Source of the DNA: Octopus bimaculoides
Taxonomy: Eukaryota
Length of the DNA stretch: 64,000 nt
NCBI RefSeq assembly: GCF_001194135.2
Contig: NC_068984.1
Location: 69,766,715-69,830,714 of the forward strand
Direction: 5' to 3'
Below are positions 1-12,894 of this stretch, piece by piece. A model generated the notes under the pieces. It saw only the letters and a program-made list of their open reading frames with translations. It made no database searches and was not told the DNA's origin. How positions within the stretch are numbered: position 1 is the stretch's first letter; the number at the start of each line of letters is the position of its first letter. Position numbers and translations under genes: made by a program.

Positions 1-96
1 AGGCACTTGCACAAGGTGCCGCACAGTGGGACTGAACATGGAACCATGTAGTTGGGAACCAAGCTTCTTACCACACTGTCACACATGCTCCTGCAC
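1..96 (-). mobile_element. SINE family A, 5' tRNA-like head (runs off window edge)
   Basis: Reverse complement matches the head of the near-complete copy at 55797-56212 (gtgcaggagcatgtgtgacagtgtggtaagaagcttggttcccaactacatggttcc...gcaccttgtgcaagtg). Confidence 0.85.
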
Positions 97-689
97 ACGG
101 CCAATATGTATGTATGTATGTATGTATGTATATCAATAAAATCAACGATAATTTGGTGTTATGAGTGAAAATATCTTCTGGTATTTACTCTACAAAGTGG
201 CCCAATCAATCCTGTATCTCTTTCACCCACAGTGAATATAGTGACTGGCTCACTGAAAACCTTTAACAAAATTGCTTGTTCATAATTTTGCAGTTTCTAC
301 TTGTTGAGGTTTCAAGCATTTATATTCTGAAAGATGTATCAGTAAAACTGCATTTTAATGGTTCTCTTGAGTTTAAAATGCTCAGTGTGGTTTTTGCTTT
401 ACCTGCTCCAAGATATAAAAGGTGACTTCAGATTAATTTTGTAAGCCAACAATGAGCTCTTTAATTATTATGCTGTCTTCCCTTTTCCTTTTGCATTGGT
501 GGTAAAGGATAGATACAAGACACTGAATCTTTGATAGGAACTGTAGTATATGACTGTGCTTTAATTATCTGTGACACCTTTATCACCACTTAAATTGGTC
601 AGGAAATATTTCTCCAACGATTAATTTCTGGAATAGTGGGTTGTGTAAGTTTATGTTACAATACGGATAATAATCCACTTTGTTGTCAT

Positions 690-714
690 CATCGTTGTCG
701 TGATCATCATCATC

Positions 715-746
<32 letters not shown>

Positions 747-910
747 CATCATCATTCACTTCGCCCTTCCTATCCCTCCCTTCCACATCATCACATACCT
801 CCTCCTCCTCTCTTTCTAATCTTCATCATCGTCATCATCATCATCATCATCTGCATCATCATCATCATCAACATCGTCGTCATCATCATCATCATCATCA
901 TCATCACTAA
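690..910. repeat. (CAT)n/(ATG)n trinucleotide microsatellite, probably the expanded tail of the adjacent minus-strand RTE fragment
   Basis: Visible directly; it produces the poly-D/H/I pseudo-ORFs at 583-974. Confidence 0.9.
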
Positions 911-1029
911 TACCATTTCTTCTCCTTGTTCTTATCATCACTACCACCATCTCTTGTCCTTGTCCTTATCCTAAATGTCCTCGTTCTTCTTCTCCTTGTC
1001 ATCATCATTTGATGCTCTTGTTAAGGATT

Positions 1030-1200
1030 GTTTAAGTTTACTTCAACATAGCTACTCCTCACTTCTTTAAGCCCTTTGCTGTCACCTTTGTGATGTTCAA
1101 CATTCTGATATTTGCCTTCGCTACTTCTTCCAAAATCTTTGGTCTTCCTTCTCTTCTCCATGCTCCTTCCACTTTGGTCAGAACTGCCAAAAGTTATACA
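1030..1200 (-). mobile_element. Decayed RTE-clade LINE, ORF C-terminus
   Basis: An alternative minus frame reads VLTKVEGAWRREGRPKILEEVAKANIRMLNITKVTAKGLKK*, similar to TLAVEGNCGRGRPRKTWDEVVKHDL*ILGLMETMTSD at 19500-19690. A (GAT)n-rich tail follows. Confidence 0.45.
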
Positions 1201-1932
1201 TGGCATAGTTGCTTCTGAATGCATGATTTCTAATTCCTATGAATAATTTTACGAAGGTTCATTAATGTTTGCTTTAGGCTAATCATCAACGAATGTGAAA
1301 TAATGATATTGTTCTAATTGGGATAATTTCATCTGCATCAATTATATGCACTTATACAAGACAAAGAGGGATCTGCTACATTATCTTTTGACCTGCTAGA
1401 AATGGCGGTCAAATCTCCTTCAAATGACACCATGCATTCATAAGCAAACAGAGAACACATAGGCTGATGTAGTGTTATATCTGAATAAATGATGAAAAAC
1501 GCTGAACACAAGGATCTGCTCACTCAGGTCTCGGTGCTAAACAACAACAACAATAATTCAAATTATGTTATTTTGTTCTGTTTTTGTTCTATTTACTATC
1601 AAATAATTTTGTTTGTAACTATTTAAAATTAGACAAAATATGTAACAGTAATTAGATATATCCCTTTATTTTCTGTTGAGAGTTAACTGCCTTTTATCTT
1701 TCTTGAAATCAATAAAATATGAACATCTTAAATTCTAAAGATGGTGATGCATTATTAAAATGGGGTCCAGTCCTTTTAGTGATGTGATGGTTGGTGTACC
1801 TCACTGACCCTGCAGCTATGCCAGTGGAGTGCAACCTTCTAGTGGGGCTTCCCATGCTGGACAGGTCAAAGGATAGAGGCCAAACTAATATGAACTACCT
1901 CTTCTCAGAGACAAAAATAGGTTTGTGTAGGA

Positions 1933-2225
1933 CAGTGGTTCCCACAGTGAGTGATAATGCTCTTTTGGGGCCAGTGGAAAAATCCAGGAGTGCATTAAAG
2001 ATAAGTGGGGTGGTAATGGGGGTGGGGCCAAAAGGAGTCAATGGATGTAAAAACGACTCCAAACAATTGTTTAACTAGGGTAAATTTTATCTGTGAAATG
2101 CAGTTGTTTTGAATTTACTGCAAAAAGTGGTCAGCATTTGTGGTGGTGAGTGAGGGTAAGGGACACTAAGAATGTGGCCTGGATATCAAGTGGGTGGCAG
2201 CCTAAAAAAAGATTAGTGACCACTG
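1933..2225. mobile_element. hAT-superfamily MITE (293 bp)
   Basis: Termini cagtggttccca ... tagtgaccactg, with a perfect 8-bp target-site duplication gtgtagga at 1925-1932 and 2226-2233. 8-bp TSDs and CAGTGG termini are typical of hAT/Charlie elements. Confidence 0.85.
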
Positions 2226-3239
2226 GTGTAGGATATTTACCACAGGCTTGAAAAAAGCTAAGTCACAGAAGCAATAATGACAATTGAAAATCAAACACTG
2301 GAGGAAGAAGTCATCAATAGCTTATGCCCCAGAGGGAGCAAAGGACCTAAGCAGCCAGGCAAATTAGAAAATGCCAGTACTGCCAGTTTCCTCTTCATAG
2401 CTGGAGCTTGAATAATCTTTTCACTTGGACTATAATTCTGGGTGTTGATGTCTGATATGCAGAGAAGTAAAAGACTACTAGGTAAGAATCATTTGCAGAC
2501 ACCTTTCTTCATCAACTGCTGTTGAGATCTCCTCTATCCTCAGTCATTAAACTGCAGCTCTTTCATATCAAATTTGGATAAAAGTGTTGTCCCCAAGAAA
2601 GCAACCTTATGAGACTGAATGACTAATATATCACATGCTATTCTTTGTGATTATTTTTTTCTTTTTTTGCCATTCTATCAGTAGGGCAAAGGTGAGATAA
2701 ATTATCCAACAGAAAACATAAGAATTTGTTTATTTTAAACAAATATTTATCGACAGTAAAATGATAAAATTGTTAGGCAAGGTAGTGAGAACATTAACAA
2801 GATCTTATTTTGGATCAATCATCACCATCATCATCATCGTTGTCACTGAATAAACTGGCATTATACACATTCTATGCACTGAACACTGTTCTATTTGATT
2901 TCTGAAAATTGTATTACATGATAGCCTTAACATGTAGTCGCCTCAATGCATTTCATGTCATTTGACTAGTTTTTATATTTATACATTATTGTTGTTATTA
3001 TTATTCTTATTATATTGCAATTACTGCTATTATCGTTTGTAGTGTGTTGCTGATTTTGAAGGTTGATATATGAAACACTAAAGTATATACAAATTATCAA
3101 AGGAATAGTTGATATATTGATTTTTTTTTTTTTTTTTCATGTTAAATATGTAAGTATTGACTTTACTTAACAGTATAAACACATACATGGCTTTGCATGT
3201 ACTTATGTACAGGAGTGTATTTATGCATCATGTATCTGC

Positions 3240-3562
3240 ATATATATCAATATATATATGAGTGTGTAAATGTGTGTGTGTATATATGTATGTATGTATG
3301 CATCTGTCTATCTATTTATATATATGTATGTATATATATATTTATGTATATATATATACACACATGCATACATACACATACACACACATGCACATGCATA
3401 TACATATGCATAAATATATACATCCATGTTTATATATACATATATGTATGTAGATATATATATGTATATATTTAAATACATTTATCTGTGTGCGTATATA
3501 TAGATATATATATTTATACATATACATATATATATATATATATGTATATATTTATATACATT

Positions 3563-3607
<45 letters not shown>

Positions 3608-3658
3608 GCATATATATAAATAAGCATATATATTTATGTATATATTTATATACATTTA

Positions 3659-3715
<57 letters not shown>

Positions 3716-3785
3716 ACATGCACACATATACATGCATCCATGTATATGTAAGTATGTATGTATCCATGTATGTATGTATACACAT
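3240..3785. repeat. Compound (TA)n/(CA)n/(TG)n microsatellite field
   Basis: Visible directly; it explains the Y/I/C/V-rich ORFs. Confidence 0.95.
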
Positions 3786-4099
3786 TGCTGGTATAAAGCT
3801 GTATGTTTAGAGACTGCATGACAATGAAGAAAAGGCAGAACGAAGGGATGAAATAAATTTTTATGCTCATGTTTATAACCCATAGTCAGAGTGTCAGTGA
3901 GTAAGTGGAATCTTCTAGACTTTATGTCTGAAAGTTTCCTAAAAATAAAATCCGGATGAGAGTTATCATAAAAAGCAATCAGATAAACTTATATTACACA
4001 ATTTATTCAACTAGAGCACTCTTTCGTCTCTCACATCATGTTTTTTTTCTTTTTTTTTAAATTTTGCTTCCTCTTACTCTCACTTTGTTTCTATCTTCT

Positions 4100-4230
4100 T
4101 CATGTCTATCTATCTATCTCTCTATCTATCTATCTATCTATCTATCTATCCGTGTATTCGTCTGTCTGTTAGCCTGTCTGTCTATTTATATTTCTGTCTG
4201 TCTGTTTGCCTGTCTGTCTTTCTGCCTTAC

Positions 4231-4261
<31 letters not shown>

Positions 4262-4565
4262 TTATCTATCTATTTATCTACATATGTGTCTATCTTTCTG
4301 TGTGTTTGTCTGTCTGTCTTTCTGCCTGCATGCCTGTCTGTTTGTCTTTCTGCCTGCGTGTCTGTCTGTCTATCTATCTAGATATGTCTGTATCTATTTG
4401 TCTCTCTATCAATCTATCTATCTATCTATCTATCTATTTATCAATCAATCAATCACTCAATCTATCTATCTATCTATCATCTGTCTCTCTATCTATCTAT
4501 CTGTCTGTCTGCCTGCCTGCCTGCCTGCTTGTCTGTCTATCTATCTATCTATCTATCTATCTATG
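4100..4565. repeat. Compound (TCTA)n/(TCTG)n/(CCTG)n tetranucleotide microsatellite
   Basis: Visible directly; it explains the LSIY/LSVC ORFs. Confidence 0.95.
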
Positions 4566-4766
4566 TTTTATTCATTTTATTCCATACTTTCATCTCTACA
4601 AATCCAACAGTATTTTTCCTTTCTTTCCACTTGTATGTTTTCTTATTCTTTTCCCCATTTAAAAAAAAAATGTTTGTACTAGTTATAAAACTTCAGTTAG
4701 TATTTTACAAGGTAGATAGGGATTGTAAAGATTCCTTCATTTAATTTTCCTTCTTGTATTCACCAA

Positions 4767-4815
<49 letters not shown>

Positions 4816-5956
4816 GCGCGCGCATGCATGCACAGCTTCATGTGAATGTGTATTCTTTATTTCCATTTCGTGCTATACAGTAAATTGGACTGTCTTTGGA
4901 CAGTTCCATTAGTGTCTGAAATTTTCTTTGATAAGTTGGTAGCCTATTTGCTGATATACTAATATACAAACATAAGTATATACATATTTATGTATACATA
5001 AATATATATATATTTCTATATATGTGTGTATGTGTATATATATGTGTGTGTGTGTCTATGCATACATGTGTGTGTGTGTGTCTATATATATAGATGTGTG
5101 TATTTATATTTGAAGTGTGGTAGGTACTAATGCTGTTTTCATGTTGTTAATATTTACTCATAGGTTTTCAGTTACCCACCAGCTGTTTAGAAGCCCTTTC
5201 CACAAATTCCATCTGACCCATGCAGGTATAAAAAAGTGGACATTAAAGCAATGATGATGATAATGCATATATATANNNNNNNNNNNNNNNNNNNNNNNNN
5301 NNNNNNNNNNNNNNNNNNNNNNNNNNNNNNNNNNNNNNNNNNNNNNNNNNNNNNNNNNNNNNNNNNNNNNNNNNNNNNNNNNNNNNNNNNNNNNNNNNNN
5401 NNNNNNNNNNNNNNNNNNNNNNNNNNNNNNNNNNNNNNNNNNNNNNNNNNNNNNNNNNNNNNNNNNNNNNNNNNNNNNNNNNNNNNNNNNNNNNNNNNNN
5501 NNNNNNNNNNNNNNNNNNNNNNNNNNNNNNNNNNNNNNNNNNNNNNNNNNNNNNNNNNNNNNNNNNNNNNNNNNNNNNNNNNNNNNNNNNNNNNNNNNNN
5601 NNNNNNNNNNNNTATATATATATATATATGTATGTATATATACATACATATATATACACACATATATATATACATATATACATAGTCAATTCAAACATGA
5701 ATAAGCAAGAAAAAACATGAAAAAACAACGTGAGGACGTGGAATAAAGTACAGTGTTATTGGATGCTCAGGAAAGGAAAGAAAGAAAGAGGATTTCACGT
5801 TTCGAGGAGTTGCATAAACTTCTTGATGACATAGGTGTCATTGTAAGTTAAATATCTTTATATCAATTTTATATCAGATAGATACAAGATTCATTCATCA
5901 TATCATGTAGACACTAGACACAGTGTTATGTGTGCATGTGTGCATGCATATATATA

Positions 5957-6090
5957 CTTTTATTCTTTTACTTGTTTCAGTCATTTGACCGTGGCCATGC
6001 TGGAGCACTGCCTTAAAGAGTTATTTTTAGTTGATGAAATCACCTCAGGACTTATTCTTTGTATGCCTATTACTTATTCTATTGGTCTCT
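5957..6090 (-). mobile_element. SINE family A, 3' tail
   Basis: Matches the tail of other copies (ttgtttcagtcatttgaccgtggccatgctggagcac...ttattctattggtctct); it stops abruptly at the Helitron fragment. Confidence 0.85.
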
Positions 6091-6092
6091 TT

Positions 6093-6245
6093 TTCCCCAT
6101 TCATGAGAGGCGCCCAGCCATCATTCATCTAACAGTCCATCTACAGAATGTCCTCTCAAATTTCTATACAGCATATTTTGCCTTTTTTTCTTCAAGTATA
6201 TAAGCAACAATTTCATTCCCGAGCAACGCCGGGTGCCTCTGCTAG
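6093..6245 (+). mobile_element. Internally deleted Helitron: Rep-domain fragment plus 3' terminus
   Basis: 6093-6149 encodes FPIHERRPAIIHLTVHLQN, matching the Helitron RepHel motif FPIHER.P.V..L.VHL.N (recalled family motif). A GC hairpin cccgagcaacgccggg lies at 6218-6233, followed by an 8-nt spacer, CTAG at 6242-6245, then T. Confidence 0.75.
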
Positions 6246-7347
6246 TACTACATACGCACCGCTCTCTCACTCTGTCTCACACACGCACACATACATCCAA
6301 AAATGATGGATGCATATGACAACACACCCCTTGACTCACTCACNNNNNNNNNNNNNNNNNNNNNNNNNNNNNNNNNNNNNNNNNNNNNNNNNNNNNNNNN
6401 NNNNNNNNNNNNNNNNNNNNNNNNNNNNNNNNNNNNNNNNNNNNNNNNNNNNNNNNNNNNNNNNNNNNNNNNNNNNNNNNNNNNNNNNNNNNNNNNNNNN
6501 NNNNNNNNNNNNNNNNNNNNNNNNNNNNNNNNNNNNNNNNNNNNNNNNNNNNNNNNNNNNNNNNNNNNNNNNNNNNNNNNNNNNNNNNNNNNNNNNNNNN
6601 NNNNNNNNNNNNNNNNNNNNNNNNNNNNNNNNNNNNNNNNNNNNNNNNNNNNNNNNNNNNNNNNNNNNNNNNNNNNNNNNNNNNNNNNNNNNNNNNNNNN
6701 NNNNNNNNNNNNNNNNNNNNNNNNNNNNNNNNNNNNNNNNNNNNNNNNNNNNNNNNNNNNNNNNNNNNNNNNNNNNNNNNNNNNNNNNNNNNNNNNNNNN
6801 NNNNNNNNNNNNNNNNNNNNNNNNNNNNNNNNNNNNNNNNNNNNNNNNNNNNNNNNNNNNNNNNNNNNNNNNNNNNNNNNNNNNNNNNNNNNNNNNNNNN
6901 NNNNNNNNNNNNNNNNNNNNNNNNNNNNNNNNNNNNNNNNNNNNNNNNNNNNNNNNNNNNNNNNNNNNNNNNNNNNNNNNNNNNNNNNNNNNNNNNNNNN
7001 NNNNNNNNNNNNNNNNNNNNNNNNNNNNNNNNNNNNNNNNNNNNNNNNNNNNNNNNNNNNNNNNNNNNNNNNNNNNNNNNNNNNNNNNNNNNNNNNNNNN
7101 NNNNNNNNNNNNNNNNNNNNNNNNNNNNNNNNNNNNNNNNNNNNNNNNNNNNNNNNNNNNNNNNNNNNNNNNNNNNNNNNNNNNNNNNNNNNNNNNNNNN
7201 NNNNNNNNNNNNNNNNNNNNNNNNNNNNNNNNNNNNNNNNNNNNNNNNNNNNNNNNNNNNNNNNNNNNNNNNNNNNNNNNNNNNNNNNNNNNNNNNNNNN
7301 NNNNNNNNNNNNNNNNNNNNNNNNNNNNNNNNNNNATACAGTATATA

Positions 7348-7490
7348 TACAACGGGCTTGTTTCAGTTTCTGTCTACCATATCCACTCACAAGTCTTTGG
7401 TTTACCCAAGGCTATAGTAGTACACACTTGCTCAAAATGCCACGTAGTGGGACTAAACACAGAAGCATGTCGTTGGGAAGCAAGCTTCTT
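7348..7490 (-). mobile_element. SINE family A, 5' half
   Basis: tttcagtttctgtctaccatatccactcacaag...gccacgtagtgggact...gggaagcaagcttctt matches other family A copies. Confidence 0.85.
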
Positions 7491-9197
7491 TATTTTATCA
7501 AATTTGCCATAAAGGCATTACATAGATAGAAGCAAATGCTGGCTGGACAACAACACAAATGAAACGAATGATGAGCAAAATAATGATATTGATGAGGGAA
7601 GCAGACGACGCCCGCAGATCGATGCTTCCTGAAAACATTGTTCTTTTGTCTCTTTTATAAAGCCAATTGAGGCTATAAACCTCTTACTATAGTTCATTGG
7701 GACACAAAGTCCTTTCAAATGAGGCACTAAGCCGCTTACCTTTTTACAATTCGAGGCATTAAAGTCTCTTACTTCAATGCCCGACTAGGCACACTGCCTC
7801 ATTCAAGCACCCGGACGGTGCCAAGTCGAGACAGTTTAGCATAAATTTAAATATATCCTTGCGGAAGGAGCTCATTATCCTGCACAAGTCCGTTTCCCCT
7901 ATGACCTCTGCAGCCACGTGCGGAGGCCAATCAGGGTCCTCAATGCAGGACAGAAACCCTTCCCTCTGGCCTTTTTTCTCACCTCCTTTATATATACATA
8001 TATACATGCATACGTACTTGCATCTACGTTATAGATGTATGTATATAGTAGTAATCTTTGATGCAATACATGTAAGCAAAAGATTTTGATAGTATTCATT
8101 TTAGTATTGCAGTCAAATGTATTCGTCCTGTTATGGACATATTGTCCAAATAACAACAGGGCAGATTGTTACGAGAATTAGTCAGCTTTTTTTTTAAATA
8201 ATCACAAAACCAAATGTTAATATTTGAATCATGTAATATGTATGTTTCAAGTAGTATTAAATATTGATTGATGAGGATAGCAGTTTTCTTATGTAACTGT
8301 AGCAATTTACATGTTAAATGCGTTAAACATACAAAAATGCCAACATTTGGTATTTGTGCTTTTCCGAGATATTTATGTATACTTATAAATAAATAAATAA
8401 ATAAATAAATATATATATATANNNNNNNNNNNNNNNNNNNNNNNNNNNNNNNNNNNNNNNNNNNNNNNNNNNNNNNNNNNNNNNNNNNNNNNNNNNNNNN
8501 NNNNNNNNNNNNNNNNNNNNNNNNNNNNNNNNNNNNNNNNNNNNNNNNNNNNNNNNNNNNNNNNNNNNNNNNNNNNNNNNNNNNNNNNNNNNNNNNNNNN
8601 NNNNNNNNNNNNNNNNNNNNNNNNNNNNNNNNNNNNNNNNNNNNNNNNNNNNNNNNNNNNNNNNNNNNNNNNNNNNNNNNNNNNNNNNNNNNNNNNNNNN
8701 NNNNNNNNNNNNNNNNNNNNNNNNNNNNNNNNNNNNNNNNNNNNNNNNNNNNNNNNNNNNNNNNNNNNNNNNNNNNNNNNNNNNNNNNNNNNNNNNNNNN
8801 NNNNNNNNNNNNNNNNNNNNNNNNNNNNNNNNNNNNNNNNNNNNNNNNNNNNNNNNNNNNNNNNNNNNNNNNNNNNNNNNNNNNNNNNNNNNNNNNNNNN
8901 NNNNNNNNNNNNNNNNNNNNNNNNNNNNNNNNNNNNNNNNNNNNNNNNNNNNNNNNNNNNNNNNNNNNNNNNNNNNNNNNNNNNNNNNNNNNNNNNNNNN
9001 NNNNNNNNNNNNNNNNNNNNNNNNNNNNNNNNNNNNNNNNNNNNNNNNNNNNNNNNNNNNNNNNNNNNNNNNNNNNNNNNNNNNNNNNNNNNNNNNNNNN
9101 NNNNNNNNNNNNNNNNNNNNNNNNNNNNNNNNNNNNNNNNNNNNNNNNNNNNNNNNNNNNNNNNNNNNNNNNNNNNNNNNNNNNNNNNNNNNNNNNN

Positions 9198-9298
9198 GAG
9201 CCTGGTGTTGCCATCCGGTTTCACCAGTCCTCAGTCAAATCGTCCAACCCATGCTAGCATGGAAAGCGGACGTTAAACGATGATGATGATGATGATGA
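9198..9298 (+). mobile_element. RTE-type LINE/SINE 3' end with (GAT)n tail
   Basis: gagcctggtg...cagtcaaatcgtccaacccatgctagcatggaaagcggacgttaaacgatgatgat; the same terminus occurs at 25500, 29080 (minus), 39400 and 58150. CpGs are retained, so this is a young copy. Confidence 0.8.
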
Positions 9299-9343
9299 TA
9301 TACATATATATACATACATATATATATACATATATATATGCAC

Positions 9344-9382
<39 letters not shown>

Positions 9383-9564
9383 CATGTGACTGTGTGATAA
9401 GAATTTTGCTTCCCAACTTTCCTGGCACCAACCCTCACCAGTTTCCAAGCAAGGTAATATTTCTCCATGGACAGACAAACGTATGCTTGCAGAATATTGG
9501 AAAGAAATGACACTGCTTGTATGAGAGTGACACTCATTTACAACTATCTCATGATATTAAATGT

Positions 9565-9601
<37 letters not shown>

Positions 9602-9879
9602 CATATATATGTGTTTGTGTATCGCATACATTTTTCAGTTTCTAGTTTTTAAATCGACTCACAAGAATTTGGTCTGTTCAAGCTACAATAGAATACACCT
9701 GCCCAAGATGACTACACAGCGACTGAACCTAGTATTAAAAGGACATCTTGATAAAAGATATCTGCCTTAATGAATTCCATCTAACCCATGATGCATGGAA
9801 GAGTAGACATTACATTTGTATACATGTATATATATACACACATATAAAATACTTATCTAAACCTATCAATCAATGAATC

Positions 9880-10075
<196 letters not shown>

Positions 10076-12894
10076 CACTCATATGTATGTACATATATGT
10101 TTTCATCACCTGCTTTATCATAACTTTTATAAAATTTTATATAATACATATTTTCCATCACACATTTAGTCTTCACTAAATTGTCAGATGATAAGTTTGA
10201 GAACAACGTGTTTCTTTTTAATCAAGTATTTTGATATAAAATGAAGTCTTATTTCAAAGTAAAATTAGCTATTGTTTGGAATATATTTATATGCTATCAA
10301 TTTTGTTTTTCAAACAAATAGAATAACAACAACGGCAACAGAAGATTTTAAAATCTTGAAATTTTCAGATTTATTTCTCAGAAATGGAAAACGAAGAAAT
10401 TTGAATATCTTCAAGAAATACCTATTTTTTACCTTTGAGTTTTGGAAATGTTTATATCATTAACAGTTGTGTGCATGGGGTATTCTTCATCATTATTTAA
10501 ATGCTTAAATATGTCATTATAATTATCAAAGTTAGCTGAACCAAAATTGCAATATTTTTCTCCCTCATTTTTGATGTTAGAACAGCTTTTCTGTTCATCT
10601 GTTTTATTTTTGGAATATATATTTTCTGTAACTCTTTTGTGATCATGTTTCTAATAACAATAGACAGACGATGTGTTTTAACTAAATTAACATAACAGAA
10701 ATAAGAATTTGGAGGGCTTTTGTAAAATAACTATTATTTCTTTTTTATCTATTCCTAAATTAAGCTGTTCTTATTTTTTTTTTTTTTTAACACAATGTGG
10801 CAAAAGGTTATATGAAACTGAATTTCTTTCTATTGTAATCTCATGTTATTATTTGTGTAATAATGAGAATTTGTTTGAGATTTTGATTCAAATATGAACA
10901 CTTTACTATGTACAGTTTCAAGTGAGATGAGAGGTCAAGGGAGGGTATCAAGTGGGTTGGTGCTAAAAACATTACTTTTTAGATGAGTTGTTCTAAGGCA
11001 GCGACAGCTAGTCTTAAAGAATATTTTGGTCTTTCCTTTCAAAATAGAATACAATAGAATAGAATTCTTTTATTGTCATTTACATACATTGAAACTTGAC
11101 TTGATGGAACTGAAAAGTTGAATACAGATGATAAAATAGATTAGATATATATAAAATATCTAACACTTTTACTGTAATAAATTTCATTGTAGGAGCACCA
11201 GTCTTTATATAGTGCATTTCATGCAAGTTAGTATGTTTAAGCTTATTGCTCTCCAAATCATGCCCTGATGAAGAACTGGACTTATTGCAGCAAGTTAGCA
11301 AACCACTTATCAAATTTATTAATTTCTTTGTTAGAGATATGAATTTTATTGACCTTGTGGTACTTATTTTTTGCCCAGTTTATTGGCCTATTTTGTATAG
11401 AGCTTTTTGTAGTAGTAATGATGGCAAATAATTAATGACTGAACTTTTGTTTGGCTGTCTGTTCTCTTAAATTGTCTATTAGTACTCTCATGTATAAAAC
11501 ATGGATAGAGGTTTAAGTAAAATAAATATTAATTTTAGAAGATTGTATATGTAGCAGACTTTTAAGCAATGTGGGCTGAGAACTCTGTGTGGTAGAAATA
11601 ACGAAAATCAAATCTATATGGCAATGTTTCATTTAAAAATGGTATTTAATGCTTTTATAGGTCTAAAAGTGTTCCTGAAAACTTTCAAAGCATGAACAAA
11701 AAGACAAAATCTCAAATATCTGAGCAACATGTATCTGAACATCATCTAAACTGGGTCATCATTTTTAACAAGGTGCCGTTAAAATTATTAACCAAAATAT
11801 CAAACATTATCAGTTATTGTAAAGCACAACATCTAAAGTATGGCATCTATATTTGTACATTTAGGAAACTATTCAACAAAAAAAAAAAAAAACTTTTCTT
11901 GTGCGATAGTTAAATGTTTGCTTATGACCACTAGGTAAAAATTGAAAAAGATATGTATTTATAAACTAGATTAATATAAGAAGCTATGTAAAATAAAAAA
12001 AGAAAGTTACATTCTTATTAAAATGCATTCTATATGTAGGGACATTTAAGGGCAAAAGTACTCAATAGATAATTATGATGATGATGATGTTGATATTAGT
12101 TTTTCTGTTTGTTTATTTAAAATGCTCATAGCACTACAGAAAATGTAGTTACTAAATTGGCTAGTTTTCAGTATTAGTGAGTGAAAACTTGATTTTGAAT
12201 ACAATCAATTGAAAATTATGGAAAATGGCTGGCTTAAGCCACAGTGATGTAGTGTGTAAAGATTTTTTTCTAGGAGACATTGAAACTTTTTCGAGATATT
12301 TTCACACTCAGTAATTGTATAATTGTATTCATCATTCAACATTTCAATAAAGTATGTCTTCTTTTTTTTTATGATGTGTAAGTTTTTAGATTAGTAATTG
12401 TTAGCTGACATTTGGTTCCCAGGAATTGAGATCTGTCACCTAAATATAAATTGCTAGCAAGCAAAATAATGTCAATGAAGGTAGTGAAGCAAGTTGCTCT
12501 ACACATTGTTTTACTGCTATTGGACTTGAGGCTTTTGATAGGTTACACTTTTGAAATCTTTCCACACATCCATCCCTGAAACAAGTATGAACAGAACAAT
12601 GGCATAAATTGGTATCATTCATGTAGTCTTTTATTCAATGTTTATGGTTGAAGGGAATATGTATATGAAGGGAGTATGAAAGCTATATTGCTTAAAAGTC
12701 AAAGTATTCTGAAATATTATTTACAATGCAGGAAACTGAATGATTTTTATTCTTTCTCAGCCGGGGCCTACAAACCAATATTATTAGGTTAACAATCACT
12801 GCTTTACTTAAAACAGTTAAATGAAACACTGGTTTAAGGAAATGTTAAGGTCATTGCTTTGTAATTCTGGGTAACTTTAACTGCAAAAATCTAT

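Noticed and set aside
5700-5810. Possible hammerhead ribozyme half (minus-strand ctcgaaacgt) in a purine-rich repeat fragment resembling PLE termini
   Set aside because: The CUGANGA core and stem II are absent because the sequence breaks right there; at most a truncated remnant.
5158-9224. Long ORFs of 150-400 aa here and at 18.6-19.5, 20.1-20.6, 34.9-37.0 and 45.5-46.4 kb
   Set aside because: Artefacts of translating through N gaps and microsatellites.
11262-11300. cctgatgaag motif as a hammerhead core (also cctgaagatg at ~58735)
   Set aside because: No closing stem II or GAAA downstream.
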